From NCBI GenBank assembly GCA_963745075.1, contig CAVUWV010000008.1:128001-192000 (forward strand): 64,000 nt of DNA. Direction: 5' to 3'. The notes under the pieces are model-generated. The model did not search any database. It was given only the letters and a program-made list of their open reading frames with translations, and was not told where the DNA came from. Shown here one piece after another: positions 13,636-23,848 of the stretch. The first letter of the stretch is position 1, and each line of letters opens with the position of its first letter. The position numbers were made by a program, and so were the translations under genes. This stretch comes from Candidatus Hydrogenedentota bacterium. GTDB taxonomy: Bacteria; Hydrogenedentota; Hydrogenedentia; Hydrogenedentales; SLHB01.

Positions 13636-13773
13636 TGGCGGGTTGGAAAACCCGCCCTACAGTTCCTCGGTTGGGAAAGATTGGCCGACAGTGCCAGGGA
13701 CAGCAGAGACATCAAAGACAACAGGGACACGCGACACACCCACAAGGCCGCAGAAGTCGCTGGTGTCCCTGGG
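13636..13773. repeat. Composite intergenic repeat: GTAG-type REP plus 9-mer tandem
   Basis: TGGCGGGTTGGAAAACCCGCCCTACA (13636-13661); GGACAGCAG AGACATCAA AGACAACAG GGACAC (from 13698); inverted GTCGCTGGT GTCCCTGGG (13756-13773). Confidence 0.7.
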
Positions 13774-13808
13774 TTGACCCGTTCGTGGGTTTTCCGGAAT
13801 TGCCGCTT

Positions 13809-14908
13809 ATGACCGGTCTGTACATTCACATTCCCTATTGCCGGACGATCTGTCCGTATTGTGATTTCGTCAAACGGCCAACCAAGGGCGCCGTTCCGGA
13901 TGCGTTTACTCACGCCCTTTGTGATGAGATGACGCGGTACGAGGGGGACCGCGATGTCGAAAGCGTGTTCTTCGGCGGGGGACGCCGTCGCTGGTTGCGC
14001 CGGCGTCGTTGGAACGCATATTCGAGGTGATGGGCGAGAAGTTTCGTCTTACCGAGGACCCGGAGATCACGCTTGAAGCCAACCCGGATGACGTAACGCC
14101 GGGACTACTTACTGCATGGCAGGCACTGGGGATCAATCGCATCAGTCTGGGCGTGCAGAGTTTTGACGATATGACCTTGCGGTACCTCGGACGGAGACAC
14201 GACGCGGATGGCGCACGCCGGGCCTGCGGGCTTGTAGCGGAACACTTTGACTCGTGGAACATGGACCTCATGTTCGGCGGGCGTCCGGTGGACGCGTATC
14301 CGGCGACGCTGACGGAATGCGGGAGCTTCGCGCCGCCTCATGTTTCATCGTACGGGTTGACGTACGAGGCGGGCACGCCTTTCGGGAAGCGTGCGGACGA
14401 GGCGGTTGACGACGACACCTACCTGACGTTGTATACGCAGACCGTGGAAAGGTTGCGCCCGTTAGAGCGGTACGAGGTATCCAATTTCGCGCGGCCCGGA
14501 TTTGCGTGCCGCCACAACCTGCGTTATTGGCACAACGACACCTACGCCGGGTTCGGCCCCGGCGCGTACTCCTTTCTCGACGGAGTCCGGGCGCGTAACC
14601 ATGTGAAGCTGGAAGCATACCTCGCCGAACCCGGTGGCAAGACGGAGGCGTTGGCGTTGAGCGAACGCGAAATCCGGCTGGAAACGGTCATTCAGTATTT
14701 GCGTCTCGCGGACGGGTTGCCACGAAGCGTGTACGTGGAACGGTTCGGCAATTCGGTGGATGAAGACTTTGGGGACGCGCTGCAAAAGCTCGCGGAGCGG
14801 GGATTGATCGAAGATACCGGCGACGTCATTCGGCCCACGGCGCGGGGATTCGAGCTGAACAACGAGATCGGTCTGGCGCTGGTCGAAGTCCCCACCAGCG
14901 CACGGTAG
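13809..14908 (+). CDS. hemW: Radical SAM heme chaperone HemW/HemN-like (frameshift in a G run near 13977-13981)
   Basis: LYIHIPYCRTICPYCDF; the expected FFGGGTPS is one G short; EITLEANP, RISLGVQSF, YEVSNFA, HNLRYW. Confidence 0.9.
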
Positions 14909-14914
14909 AGGCGG

Positions 14915-16243
14915 CTACGACAGGGGCGTGACGGACATCCCGTCCTGCAACTCGTTCTTGGGTTCGGCGACGATGGTCTGGCCGGCGGTAAGACCGGAAC
15001 CGATGGCGGCCCAGTCGTCGTTCTTGAGCGTGATTTCAACCGGCGTGAGTTTTGCCTCGCCGCCGTTGACGACGAACACGGCCCAGCCATCGTCGTTGCG
15101 GAAGGTGGCGCGCTCGGGCACGGCGACGGCGTCGGCGACTTCGTCGGTGATGATGCGCACGTCCACGCTGGTGCCGGGCCGCAACTGCACCTTGCCGTTG
15201 TCGAAGCTGATGATGGTCTTGACGCGCTGCTGTTCGATGCCGAGCGACGAGATTTTTTTGAAGCCCGCGGGATAGATCCGGTCCACCTTGCCCATGATGA
15301 CTTCGTCGTTCAGGGCTTTGCCCGTGATCTCGACGGCGTCTCCGGGATCGACGCGACCGACCTCTTCGGACAACACGTCGCACTCGATCTCGATGGTGCT
15401 CATATTGCCGATGCGCAAGAGGGGTGAACCGGCGGCCAGCACGCGGCTGTCGTCGACAAACTTCTCCAAGATTACGCCGTCCACCGGTGACTTGATGGTT
15501 GCTTTTTCCAAGTCGTCCTGGAGTTGGTTCAACTTGGTTTCGAGGTTTTCGATTTCCGCTTGGTAGACTTGCCGCATGAACTCATTGTCGTCGATGGAAC
15601 CGCGGAGCCGTTCCGAAGCCAGGTTCGCCATTTCGCGTCCCTTTTGATTGGCCTTTTCGGCGAGGGTGGCGCGCTCGAGGTTCTCGCGGGCATTCATGTA
15701 CGCGCGGTTCGCGTCGTCATATTGGGACTGACTGACGGCGCCGGCGTCGCGAAGGGCCTTAATGCGGTTGTACTCGCGTTCGGCGTCATTAAAATTGTTT
15801 TGCGCGATATCCCGTTCCTTACGGGCGATATTCTGACGGTCCAATTCCTGTTTCACACGCAGCTCTGCGGACTTCAGTTCTTCGGGCTTGGGCTTTTCGA
15901 CGTCGACACTGGTGATGCGCGCTTTTGCCTGTTCGATCATCGCGTTGACGCCGGCGAGTTGCTGTTTCAGCGCGTAGGTGTCGATAGTCGCCACGCAATC
16001 GCCCTTGGCGACGGCCGCACCTTCCTTCAACGCAATCTTGTTCACCGTTCCCGAGATGGGCATGTCGATAAGGATATCGTCATCGAGCCGGGTCTTGGCG
16101 TCCTCGGAGATGTAGGCGCGCACGGTGCGCGTTTCGGCTTGGGCCATTTCGACAGGAAGCGGCCCTTCCCGCATGGCGAGCCAAACCAGAACGATGACTG
16201 CCAGCACGCCTATCGCCAGGAAGATTCGGCGTCGCGTAATCAC
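14915..16243 (-). CDS. HlyD/MacA-like periplasmic adaptor (membrane fusion protein)
   Basis: N-terminal TM, coiled coil, IKSPVDGVIL, ISSLGIEQQRV. Confidence 0.9.
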   Translation of the reverse strand: MITRRRIFLAIGVLAVIVLVWLAMREGPLPVEMAQAETRTVRAYISEDAKTRLDDDILIDMPISGTVNKIALKEGAAVAKGDCVATIDTYALKQQLAGVNAMIEQAKARITSVDVEKPKPEELKSAELRVKQELDRQNIARKERDIAQNNFNDAEREYNRIKALRDAGAVSQSQYDDANRAYMNARENLERATLAEKANQKGREMANLASERLRGSIDDNEFMRQVYQAEIENLETKLNQLQDDLEKATIKSPVDGVILEKFVDDSRVLAAGSPLLRIGNMSTIEIECDVLSEEVGRVDPGDAVEITGKALNDEVIMGKVDRIYPAGFKKISSLGIEQQRVKTIISFDNGKVQLRPGTSVDVRIITDEVADAVAVPERATFRNDDGWAVFVVNGGEAKLTPVEITLKNDDWAAIGSGLTAGQTIVAEPKNELQDGMSVTPLS

Positions 16244-16244
16244 G

Positions 16245-18617
16245 TTACTCCCGCTCCTTCAGTACTTCGACCATGTCCAGCCGCTTGATTTTCTGTCGTA
16301 CCGCGAGGTTCGCCAACACGACAAAGACAAATGACAACGCTGTCGCAACAACAAACGTCTCGTTGTCAATATGAAACGGCAACCGGTACAAATCCGTATC
16401 GTACGCCCCAACAATGAGCCAGCATACCCCGATTCCGAAGGGAATTCCCAGGATAAGGCCGATGATGCACAAGGCAAAATTCTCGTGGTAGAGGATGCGG
16501 CCGACTTCCTGCGCGGAAAATCCGAGCACGCGCAACGAGGCCAGTTCCCGTTGCCGTTCGGCCAGGGATACGGTGGTGATGTTGTAGATGATGGCGAAGG
16601 CGATGACTGCCGCGAACAGGACAATCATCGAATTCATGATCTGCGTGCTTTGTTCCAGCGTGTCTTCGAGTCCCTTCAGCGATTCGGATTTGATCTCGAC
16701 GGCCGCCACGCCGGGCACGTCTTTGAGCTGCTTGTTCAGTTCCTCTTCCTGACCGCGGACGGTGCGCAACAAGACGGCGTTGACCGCGAAGGGCTCGTCC
16801 AGCACGCGGCTCAGTGCGTCGATGTTCATGTACGCCGACGAACCGAGATACTGCTGGACGACCTTGCTGACCGCGATACGTTTTTCTTTCGTGACGCGTC
16901 CCATAAGCGGCTTGAGGGTCAGCACGTCGCCCACGTGAACGCCTAGATCCCGGGCCAGCCGGTCGGACAACACCAGGCCGTCCTCGCCCACGCTGACCGG
17001 TTGCTGTTTGGTATTTAACAGGCGTTGCAGTCGCGCGCCTTCGGGTAATCCGATGATTACGACGTCTTTGGCACGCCAGGCGGATTTGATTTCAAATGGG
17101 TATTGCAACACGGGTTCGGCGTAGCGCACGTTGTCAAAACGCGAGGCTTCGTAAAAGGCGTCCTTGCCGCGTTCCGACTCGAAATCCACTTTTACGTCTT
17201 CGCGCTGCACTTCCTTGAACTGGAATTGAAGCATGTAGTCCATGGAATCCAGCATGAAGAATCCCATGATGAGAAGGCCGGAAGACACCATGACGCCGAA
17301 GGCGTTCAGCGCGGCGCGGAAGGCGTTGCGCGACATGTTGCGCACGATCATCTTCCACGTGAACGAGAGGCTGCGCCACAGGAGGCCGAAGCGTTCGATC
17401 CAGGTTCGGTGGGCGTATTTTGGCGCTTCGGGACGCATGGATTCGGCGGGCTGAATGCGGGCAGCGTGAATCGCCGCGGTCAAGGCGCCCGCCACGGAAA
17501 ATACGATGCCGATACCAAAGGAGCGCGCGAGCACGTCGGGATACACGCGGGAACGTAACAAGGGGAAATCGTAATATTCGACGTACATACGGATCATGGC
17601 TCCGGCCAGCCACTGGCCGACCGCAAACCCGCCGAGGCACCCGATAGCGCCCAGCACGAGCGCGTACTTGATGTAATATAAGGCGACGGCGAAACTCGAG
17701 TACCCGTAGGCTTTCAGGAGGCCGATTTCCGTGCGTTCCTTGCGCACCATGCGGTTCAGGAGCACGAGCAGGATCAGCGCCGCGATGCCCTGGAACAAGC
17801 CGGGAATGATCTTCGCCGTCGTGGCCAGCCCCGTGATCTCGTCGGACAGGAAACGATTGGAGATCTGGTCTTCCCGTTTTACCTTGGCGAAGACACCGTA
17901 GGGATCGAGAATGTCGTTGGCCTTGTCCAGGAGCGCATCCAGGTCCTCGGATTTTTCCACGGTGCCGATAACGTCGTTGCAGGCCTCGTTCATGTCGAAA
18001 GCCGTTTCCGCGAAGTCCTGCGGCACCCAGAGAATGCCGAAGCGTTCGAAGTTCGGCACAAGTTCCTGGACCGTGCGAATAGTGTAGACGTATTCGGGGG
18101 ACAACGCCGTGCCCACGATGCGCAACGTGTGTTTCTTGTTGTCGATGGACGCCTTGATGTAGTCGCCGATGTGGAGGTGGTTCAGCCGCGCGAAACGTTG
18201 GCTGACGATGACTTCGTTTTGTTTGCCCTCGGAGAAGTAGCGGCCTTCCATGATGCAAATGTCGTTGAGCACGTCCTCCTCGCGGTTGGGCATGGAGATG
18301 ATGCGGCCGATGCGCGGTTCGTCCTCGCCTTCGAGGTCGAGATTGACGTCTTTGACGATGCGGCCGCGGACTTGCCGCACGCCGGGCAGCGATTCGATTT
18401 TGAAGAGGGCCGTCAAGGGCGCGCGTTCGAGCTGGATCTCAAAGTCGGCCAGCCGGTACTGGCTGTAATACGTGTCACGCGTGAGCACGAGGTTGCTGTG
18501 GGCCGAGGCAATGGCGATGTAACACGCCGTCCCGCAGAGCACCACCATGGCCACGGCGATGGATTGACCCCGCGACCACCAGAGCGTGCGAATAAGCTTC
18601 TTGTTTAGGACGTTCAT
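16245..18617 (-). CDS. FtsX/MacB-like ABC transporter permease (two repeats)
   Basis: ERTEIGLLKAYGYS and ERQRELASLRVLGFS motifs; multiple TM segments. Confidence 0.9.
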   Translation of the reverse strand: MNVLNKKLIRTLWWSRGQSIAVAMVVLCGTACYIAIASAHSNLVLTRDTYYSQYRLADFEIQLERAPLTALFKIESLPGVRQVRGRIVKDVNLDLEGEDEPRIGRIISMPNREEDVLNDICIMEGRYFSEGKQNEVIVSQRFARLNHLHIGDYIKASIDNKKHTLRIVGTALSPEYVYTIRTVQELVPNFERFGILWVPQDFAETAFDMNEACNDVIGTVEKSEDLDALLDKANDILDPYGVFAKVKREDQISNRFLSDEITGLATTAKIIPGLFQGIAALILLVLLNRMVRKERTEIGLLKAYGYSSFAVALYYIKYALVLGAIGCLGGFAVGQWLAGAMIRMYVEYYDFPLLRSRVYPDVLARSFGIGIVFSVAGALTAAIHAARIQPAESMRPEAPKYAHRTWIERFGLLWRSLSFTWKMIVRNMSRNAFRAALNAFGVMVSSGLLIMGFFMLDSMDYMLQFQFKEVQREDVKVDFESERGKDAFYEASRFDNVRYAEPVLQYPFEIKSAWRAKDVVIIGLPEGARLQRLLNTKQQPVSVGEDGLVLSDRLARDLGVHVGDVLTLKPLMGRVTKEKRIAVSKVVQQYLGSSAYMNIDALSRVLDEPFAVNAVLLRTVRGQEEELNKQLKDVPGVAAVEIKSESLKGLEDTLEQSTQIMNSMIVLFAAVIAFAIIYNITTVSLAERQRELASLRVLGFSAQEVGRILYHENFALCIIGLILGIPFGIGVCWLIVGAYDTDLYRLPFHIDNETFVVATALSFVFVVLANLAVRQKIKRLDMVEVLKERE

Positions 18618-18690
18618 ACCGTCTTCTGTGCGCCGATTGCGTATGATTATTCACAATGTAGGATGCAGGTTTGTTCGCCTTCTCAACGCC

Positions 18691-18853
18691 GAAGAACATC
18701 CCCCTTGATCCCCCTTCAAAGGGGGAAATTACGCGCAACGCTTTGCGTTGCGTCGAAACGAACCGGGACCTTGTTCAGGAGCTTGCACTGCAATACGTAC
18801 CTTGACCAATTGTTGGGCAACTCCCCCTTTGAAGGGGGATCAAGGGGGATGTT
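18691..18853. repeat. REP-like inverted doublet, family A copy 3
   Basis: GAAGAACATCCCCCTTGATCCCCCTTCAAAGGGGGAA ... CTCCCCCTTTGAAGGGGGATCAAGGGGGATGTT. Confidence 0.92.
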
Positions 18854-18915
18854 GTCTCACGCGAGCGCATAAAATGGGTGTACCTCTCGTGTACCTCTTG
18901 TCGCTTTCATTTGTA

Positions 18916-19656
18916 TTACCACTCCAATTCGTCGGCGGATTTGGGCGAATCGTTCACCGTGATGTCGCGGACGCGGCCGTCCACCATTCGCACCACGCGA
19001 TGGGACATGGCGCCAATCGCAGCGTTGTGGGTGATGACGATGACCGTGGTCCCCATGTCACGATTGACGTTGCTGAGCACGTCGAGCACGACCTTGCCCG
19101 TCGTGAAATCGAGGGCGCCGGTCGGTTCGTCGCAGAGGAGGATTTCCGGCTGTTTTGCGACCGCCCGCGCAATGGCTACGCGTTGCTGTTCGCCCCCGGA
19201 AAGCTGGGACGGGAAATGGTCGCGCCGCTCGGTGAGGTTGACCAGCTTGAGCGCCTCCGCGGCGGGCATGGGCTCGTTCGAGATCTCGGTAGCCATTTCG
19301 ACGTTTTCTTCCGCCGTGAGGTTCGGCATGAGGTTGTAAAACTGGAAGACGAACCCGATGTGGTGACGCCGGTACTGGGTAAGTTGCGACTCACCGTAGG
19401 CCGTGAGGTCGTCGTCCCGGAACCAGACTTGGCCGGCCGACGCCGTGTCGATCCCGCCGATGATGTTTAACAGCGTGCTCTTTCCCGAACCGCTCGGCCC
19501 GAGGATGACGAGGAATTCGCCTTCGTAGACTTCGAGGGTCACCTCCCGCAGCGCGGACACGGTGACTTCCCCCATCTGGTAGTCTTTCTTCACCCCTTCG
19601 ACGCGAAAGACCACCGGCGGGCGGGCATCCAACTTCTCTACCGCCTGCGCGCACAT
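18916..19656 (-). CDS. LolD/MacB-type ABC ATP-binding protein
   Basis: [33 protein letters not shown]. Confidence 0.93.
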   Translation of the reverse strand: MCAQAVEKLDARPPVVFRVEGVKKDYQMGEVTVSALREVTLEVYEGEFLVILGPSGSGKSTLLNIIGGIDTASAGQVWFRDDDLTAYGESQLTQYRRHHIGFVFQFYNLMPNLTAEENVEMATEISNEPMPAAEALKLVNLTERRDHFPSQLSGGEQQRVAIARAVAKQPEILLCDEPTGALDFTTGKVVLDVLSNVNRDMGTTVIVITHNAAIGAMSHRVVRMVDGRVRDITVNDSPKSADELEW

Positions 19657-19693
19657 AGGGTTAGCCTACCACAGGAGGGACGGATGGCACACC

Positions 19694-20497
19694 TCAACGG
19701 CCCAATTGCTTCGCACCTTCGGCCCGATAGATGGCCCGGCAGATGGCGTCGCGATATTGTAGGCTGGCGTCGTTCACGTCGCGTTCGAACTTCTCGCCCG
19801 TGATGGCAAGCCAATAGAGTTCATCCAGGTGCTCGGACGAGTCCGTGCGGGCTTGCAGTTCATATGCTGCCGCAAATCGCAGCTCCGTATTGCAGTTCTC
19901 CGGACCCGCGGCTTGAAGTATTTCTGCGTCAGACATTGCCGCGACTTTTTCCATCCGTGCGTTCCACTCGGCTGTTCCAGAAATATTCTTTGTTGCATGC
20001 TCAGCGACAAGGGGATCGTCTTTGAAGTACTCAATCTCCTTGGAGACATCGTAGAGGACGGTCCAGTAGCCTTCCGAAGGCGGCGGGGGCAACTTCCAAT
20101 TGGTGCAACTGGCAAAGACAATGAGTGCAAATTTAACAGGACACGCGTATATGCAGCCGAACGCACTTTCTTGCTCCATGCTAGACGTGAACCGGTTCAG
20201 GATGTCCATGATAGGCGGTACGAGCGATGTGTCTTTCGTGTACGCGGCGAGATAGAACAGCGTATTCAACCGTTCCAGGTCCAAGGGCGCATCGCGGTAA
20301 AGCGACAGGGATTCTTTAAGAAACGGGACGAACCGTTTGGGGTCCGCGACAAACGCCTCGAACGCTACCCGTTGCTGCGGTATCTCCGCCGAAGCCAACA
20401 GCGGGTCCAAGACTGCCCCGGGCTCTCGCGGCTCCAGAGCCGCAGCCGCGACTGAGACCGTCGCGAGGATCGCAGCAATCCAGCCAGACCAGCGCAT
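19694..20497 (-). CDS. Hypothetical secreted alpha-helical protein
   Basis: Signal-peptide-like MRWSGWIAAILATVSVAAAA; open frame with no recognised domain. Confidence 0.65.
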   Translation of the reverse strand: MRWSGWIAAILATVSVAAAALEPREPGAVLDPLLASAEIPQQRVAFEAFVADPKRFVPFLKESLSLYRDAPLDLERLNTLFYLAAYTKDTSLVPPIMDILNRFTSSMEQESAFGCIYACPVKFALIVFASCTNWKLPPPPSEGYWTVLYDVSKEIEYFKDDPLVAEHATKNISGTAEWNARMEKVAAMSDAEILQAAGPENCNTELRFAAAYELQARTDSSEHLDELYWLAITGEKFERDVNDASLQYRDAICRAIYRAEGAKQLGR

Positions 20498-20696
20498 ACG
20501 AACATCCTCCGTGCAAACCTTACTCAGTACCATACCACGGGGTGCAGGGATGGTTTCATTCGCACAAAGTTTGGGGCGTTCGTTCCGTGCGGTCACGCCT
20601 TGGCGTGACTGTGTGCTTTTGGCGTACAGACCGGGTAGATTGGTTACCGATTGGCCCGGAATCAGTGTTCGCACCTTTACCGTGAAAGGACTGTAC

Positions 20697-22907
20697 ATGT
20701 CTTTCAGTACGCGCATGCTAATTGGGATCTTCCTGATTGCGGCCGTTCCGGCTGCCCTGGCGGATGAGGTCGATGTAAATACGCTGCCCCTCTTCGACAA
20801 GGACGTGATAACCGTACGGGCGGATTGGTTGGTGAAGGACGTTAAGGCCAGGACGGAGGTGTATCGCACGGAGACTGACAAGGAGATCGTCCTGTCGAAC
20901 GGGTTGATTGCGCGGACGTTTCGGGTGGCGCCGAACGGGGCGACGGTCGGGTTCGACAACTTGATGACGGGGGAGGCGCTGCTGCGCGGGGTGAAGCCGG
21001 AGGCGCGCGTCACGGTGAACGGGACGGAGCCGAAGGTCGGCGGTTTGGCCGGGCAGAAGAACTACGCCTATCTGACGCCGGAATGGATCGACGGGCTGAC
21101 CAATGACCCGGCGGCGCTGCAATTCGTGGATTTTGCGGTGTCGCCGACGGACGCGCCGTTTCCGTGGGAACGGGTTAGGTATGCGGAAGACCGGCCGTGG
21201 CCGCCGCCCGGCAAACGGCTGACCTTGCGCTTCCAATCCCCTGCGGATGCACCGGCGGGAGTCGCGGTGGACGTCCACTACGAGATGTACGACGGGATCC
21301 CGCTGCTGGCGAAGTGGCTGACGATTCAAAACGCGGGCAGTACTGACGTTGTGCTGGACACGTTCACGAGTGAAGTACTGGCCGCTGTCGAGATGTCTTC
21401 CGTGGTTGACGGCCAGCCGGTCGAATATGCGACGCCGAACATCCAAGTGGTCACCGACTACATGTTCGGCGGGGACAGCGAGCAGCGGTTCGGCGTGGCG
21501 GTGCATTGGGTCGCCGATCCCGATTACGCGACGCAGGTCAACTACGCACGCCAGTCTACGGTGCTGCTCGAAAGCCGGCCGCCCATCGGTCCGGGCGTCA
21601 CGCTGAAACCGGGCGAGGATTTTGAGACCTACCGGACCTACGAACTGGTCTTCGACGCCACGGATCGGGAGCGCAACGGCCTCGCGACGCGGCGCATGTT
21701 CCGCACGATCGCGCCGTGGACGACCGAGAATCCCATCATGATGCACATGCGGAACGCCGAGCCGGAAGCGGTGCGAAACGGGATCGACCAGTGCGCCGCC
21801 GTGGGATTCGAGATGATCATTCTGTCGTTCGGCAGCGGGTTCGACATCGAGAACGAGGACCCCGCGTATCTGGCGCAACTGAAGGAACTGGCGGACTACG
21901 CGCACAGCAAGGGCATCGAGATCGGCGGCTACTCGCTGCTGGCGTCGCGCAGCATCGGGCCGGAGACGGACGTGGTCAATCCCGAGACGGGCAAACCGGG
22001 CGGGTTCGCACGGTTCGGCAACTCGCCGTGCCTGTGCAGCGCGTGGGGGCAGGACTACTTCCGGAAGTTGTACGCGTTTTACGAGAAGACCGGCTTCGAG
22101 ATGCTCGAACACGACGGCAGCTATCCCGGCGACGTGTGTGCTTCGACCAGCCATCCCGGCCACAGCGGCCTGGACGATTCGCAGTACCGGCAATGGAAGA
22201 CCATCACGGATTTCTACAACTGGTGCCGGGGGCGCGGCGTCTTCCTCAACGTGCCCGACGAGTATTTCCTGAACGGCTCCAACAAGACGGGCATGGGCTA
22301 CCGCGAGACGAACTGGTCTTTGCCGCGGGCGGAGCAGGTGATCCATGCGCGCCAGAACATTTACGACGGCACCTGGGAGAAGACGCCGAGCATGGGGTGG
22401 ATGTTCGTCCCGCTGACCGAATACCAGGGGGGCGGCGCGGCGGCGACCATCGAACCGTTGGCGGAGCATCTCGACGTCTACGAGGCCCACATGGCGAACC
22501 TGTTCGGTACCGGCGTGCAGGCCTGTTATCGCGGGCCGCGCCTTTACGATACGGACGAGACGAAGGCGACGGTGAAGCAAGTGGGTCGATTTCTACAAGC
22601 AGCACCGGGCCATTCTCGACTCCGACATCATCCACGTGCGCCGTGCCGACGGCCGCGATATCGACTGCATGATGAGCGTCAACCCCCGGCTCCAGGAACG
22701 AGCCCTGGCCATGGTCTTCAACCCGCTCCAGGAACGCGTGAAACGGAAGCTCACGCTTCCCCTGTACTACACCGGCCTAACCGACACCGCCACCGTCCGC
22801 GAGCGGGATGGTCAACCAAGACCCACCAACTCGCACGCGACTACAGCATCACCGTCGACGTTGAGATGGAGCCGCAGAGCGTGACGTGGTTTGTCATTGA
22901 GGAGTGA
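20697..22907 (+). CDS. Secreted alpha-galactosidase-like (GH36/clan-D-like) glycoside hydrolase; two compensating frameshifts near 22580 and 22818
   Basis: Signal peptide; GFEMIILSFGSG, EHDGSYPGD, GMGYRETNWSLPR; protein-like frame WVDFYKQHRAILDSDIIH...DGRD between the shifts. Confidence 0.7.
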   Translation: MSFSTRMLIGIFLIAAVPAALADEVDVNTLPLFDKDVITVRADWLVKDVKARTEVYRTETDKEIVLSNGLIARTFRVAPNGATVGFDNLMTGEALLRGVKPEARVTVNGTEPKVGGLAGQKNYAYLTPEWIDGLTNDPAALQFVDFAVSPTDAPFPWERVRYAEDRPWPPPGKRLTLRFQSPADAPAGVAVDVHYEMYDGIPLLAKWLTIQNAGSTDVVLDTFTSEVLAAVEMSSVVDGQPVEYATPNIQVVTDYMFGGDSEQRFGVAVHWVADPDYATQVNYARQSTVLLESRPPIGPGVTLKPGEDFETYRTYELVFDATDRERNGLATRRMFRTIAPWTTENPIMMHMRNAEPEAVRNGIDQCAAVGFEMIILSFGSGFDIENEDPAYLAQLKELADYAHSKGIEIGGYSLLASRSIGPETDVVNPETGKPGGFARFGNSPCLCSAWGQDYFRKLYAFYEKTGFEMLEHDGSYPGDVCASTSHPGHSGLDDSQYRQWKTITDFYNWCRGRGVFLNVPDEYFLNGSNKTGMGYRETNWSLPRAEQVIHARQNIYDGTWEKTPSMGWMFVPLTEYQGGGAAATIEPLAEHLDVYEAHMANLFGTGVQACYRGPRLYDTDETKATVKQVGRFLQAAPGHSRLRHHPRAPCRRPRYRLHDERQPPAPGTSPGHGLQPAPGTRETEAHASPVLHRPNRHRHRPRAGWSTKTHQLARDYSITVDVEMEPQSVTWFVIEE

Positions 22908-22970
22908 GCGCCGAGGGGGCATACACGGTCCCACACGGACGGACACGGACTTGCACCTGAAGGGATACCA

Positions 22971-23123
22971 AAGGAGGGCGGGTTTTCTAACCCGCCAGCG
23001 AATGCTTACCCGGAGAGCGAAGCCGTCGCCTTCGAAGAAGTCTATCCTGAGCGATCTGCAGCCGGGTTAGCGCTGGGACCAACGGGATCTTTGGCATGGC
23101 GGGTAGGAATACCCGCCCTCCTT
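22971..23123. repeat. GTAG/GGAG-type REP inverted doublet
   Basis: AAGGAGGGCGGGTTTTCTAACCCGCCA ... TGGCGGGTAGGAATACCCGCCCTCCTT; same family as 13636-13661. Confidence 0.8.
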
Positions 23124-23250
23124 TTATGCCCGTCATGCTACATCGCGTCTTCTTCAACAACGCCCAGATTTCTTCGTCGGGTTTGTACGATTTCGGCAAC
23201 AAGGGTATCGTAATTCCTTGCGGACTCCTTGAACGTGCGCGGAGTACCAG

Positions 23251-23829
23251 TTGATGCCACAAATGGATCGGAAAGTCGAGTATACGAAACTACTGCTCCG
23301 GGTCTGCGATGCGCACCGGGAGTTTCAAGCGGACTGGCGGAAGTACCGACCGTCGCACAGCGCATCCGAAACGTACAGGCTCGCGCATGATACCTATTAT
23401 GCCCGAGAGAAGGCAGTGGCCGACCTTTTCCAGCGTCTAGCTGCAACTGATAACGCGTTCCTGCGCGGCGAAGCCGAGGCCATCGACGAAGTCTTGGACT
23501 TCCTGGAGATCGACATCCCCGCATTTCGCGCGGGATACGTGAGGGAATGGTACTACCGCCGGTTGAAACGACTTCCGCTATCGGAGGGCCAGACCAACCG
23601 AATCAAGAACCTCGGCATGGCCCTGCTCACACAGCCGGACTATCGCCGGGAATGGACGGAATTGGCCCGTCTACTCATACGGGTGGCGGATGAGGACCTG
23701 ATCGCTAGCTTAGCGAAGCTGATTCAATCGGACGCGAGCCAATTCGTTCAACGCAGAGCGCGCCTCGTGCTCGAGCGGATTCTGAACCAGCGGCACGAAT
23801 TAAAGGCCTTCACCAAAAATTACGCTTGA
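23251..23829 (+). CDS. Hypothetical helical protein
   Basis: 192-aa ORF containing FLEIDIPAFRAGYVREW and RREWTELARL; start may be the ATG near 23263. Confidence 0.7.
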   Translation: MMPQMDRKVEYTKLLLRVCDAHREFQADWRKYRPSHSASETYRLAHDTYYAREKAVADLFQRLAATDNAFLRGEAEAIDEVLDFLEIDIPAFRAGYVREWYYRRLKRLPLSEGQTNRIKNLGMALLTQPDYRREWTELARLLIRVADEDLIASLAKLIQSDASQFVQRRARLVLERILNQRHELKAFTKNYA

Positions 23830-23848
23830 GCCGTGGGCTTCGAAATGA

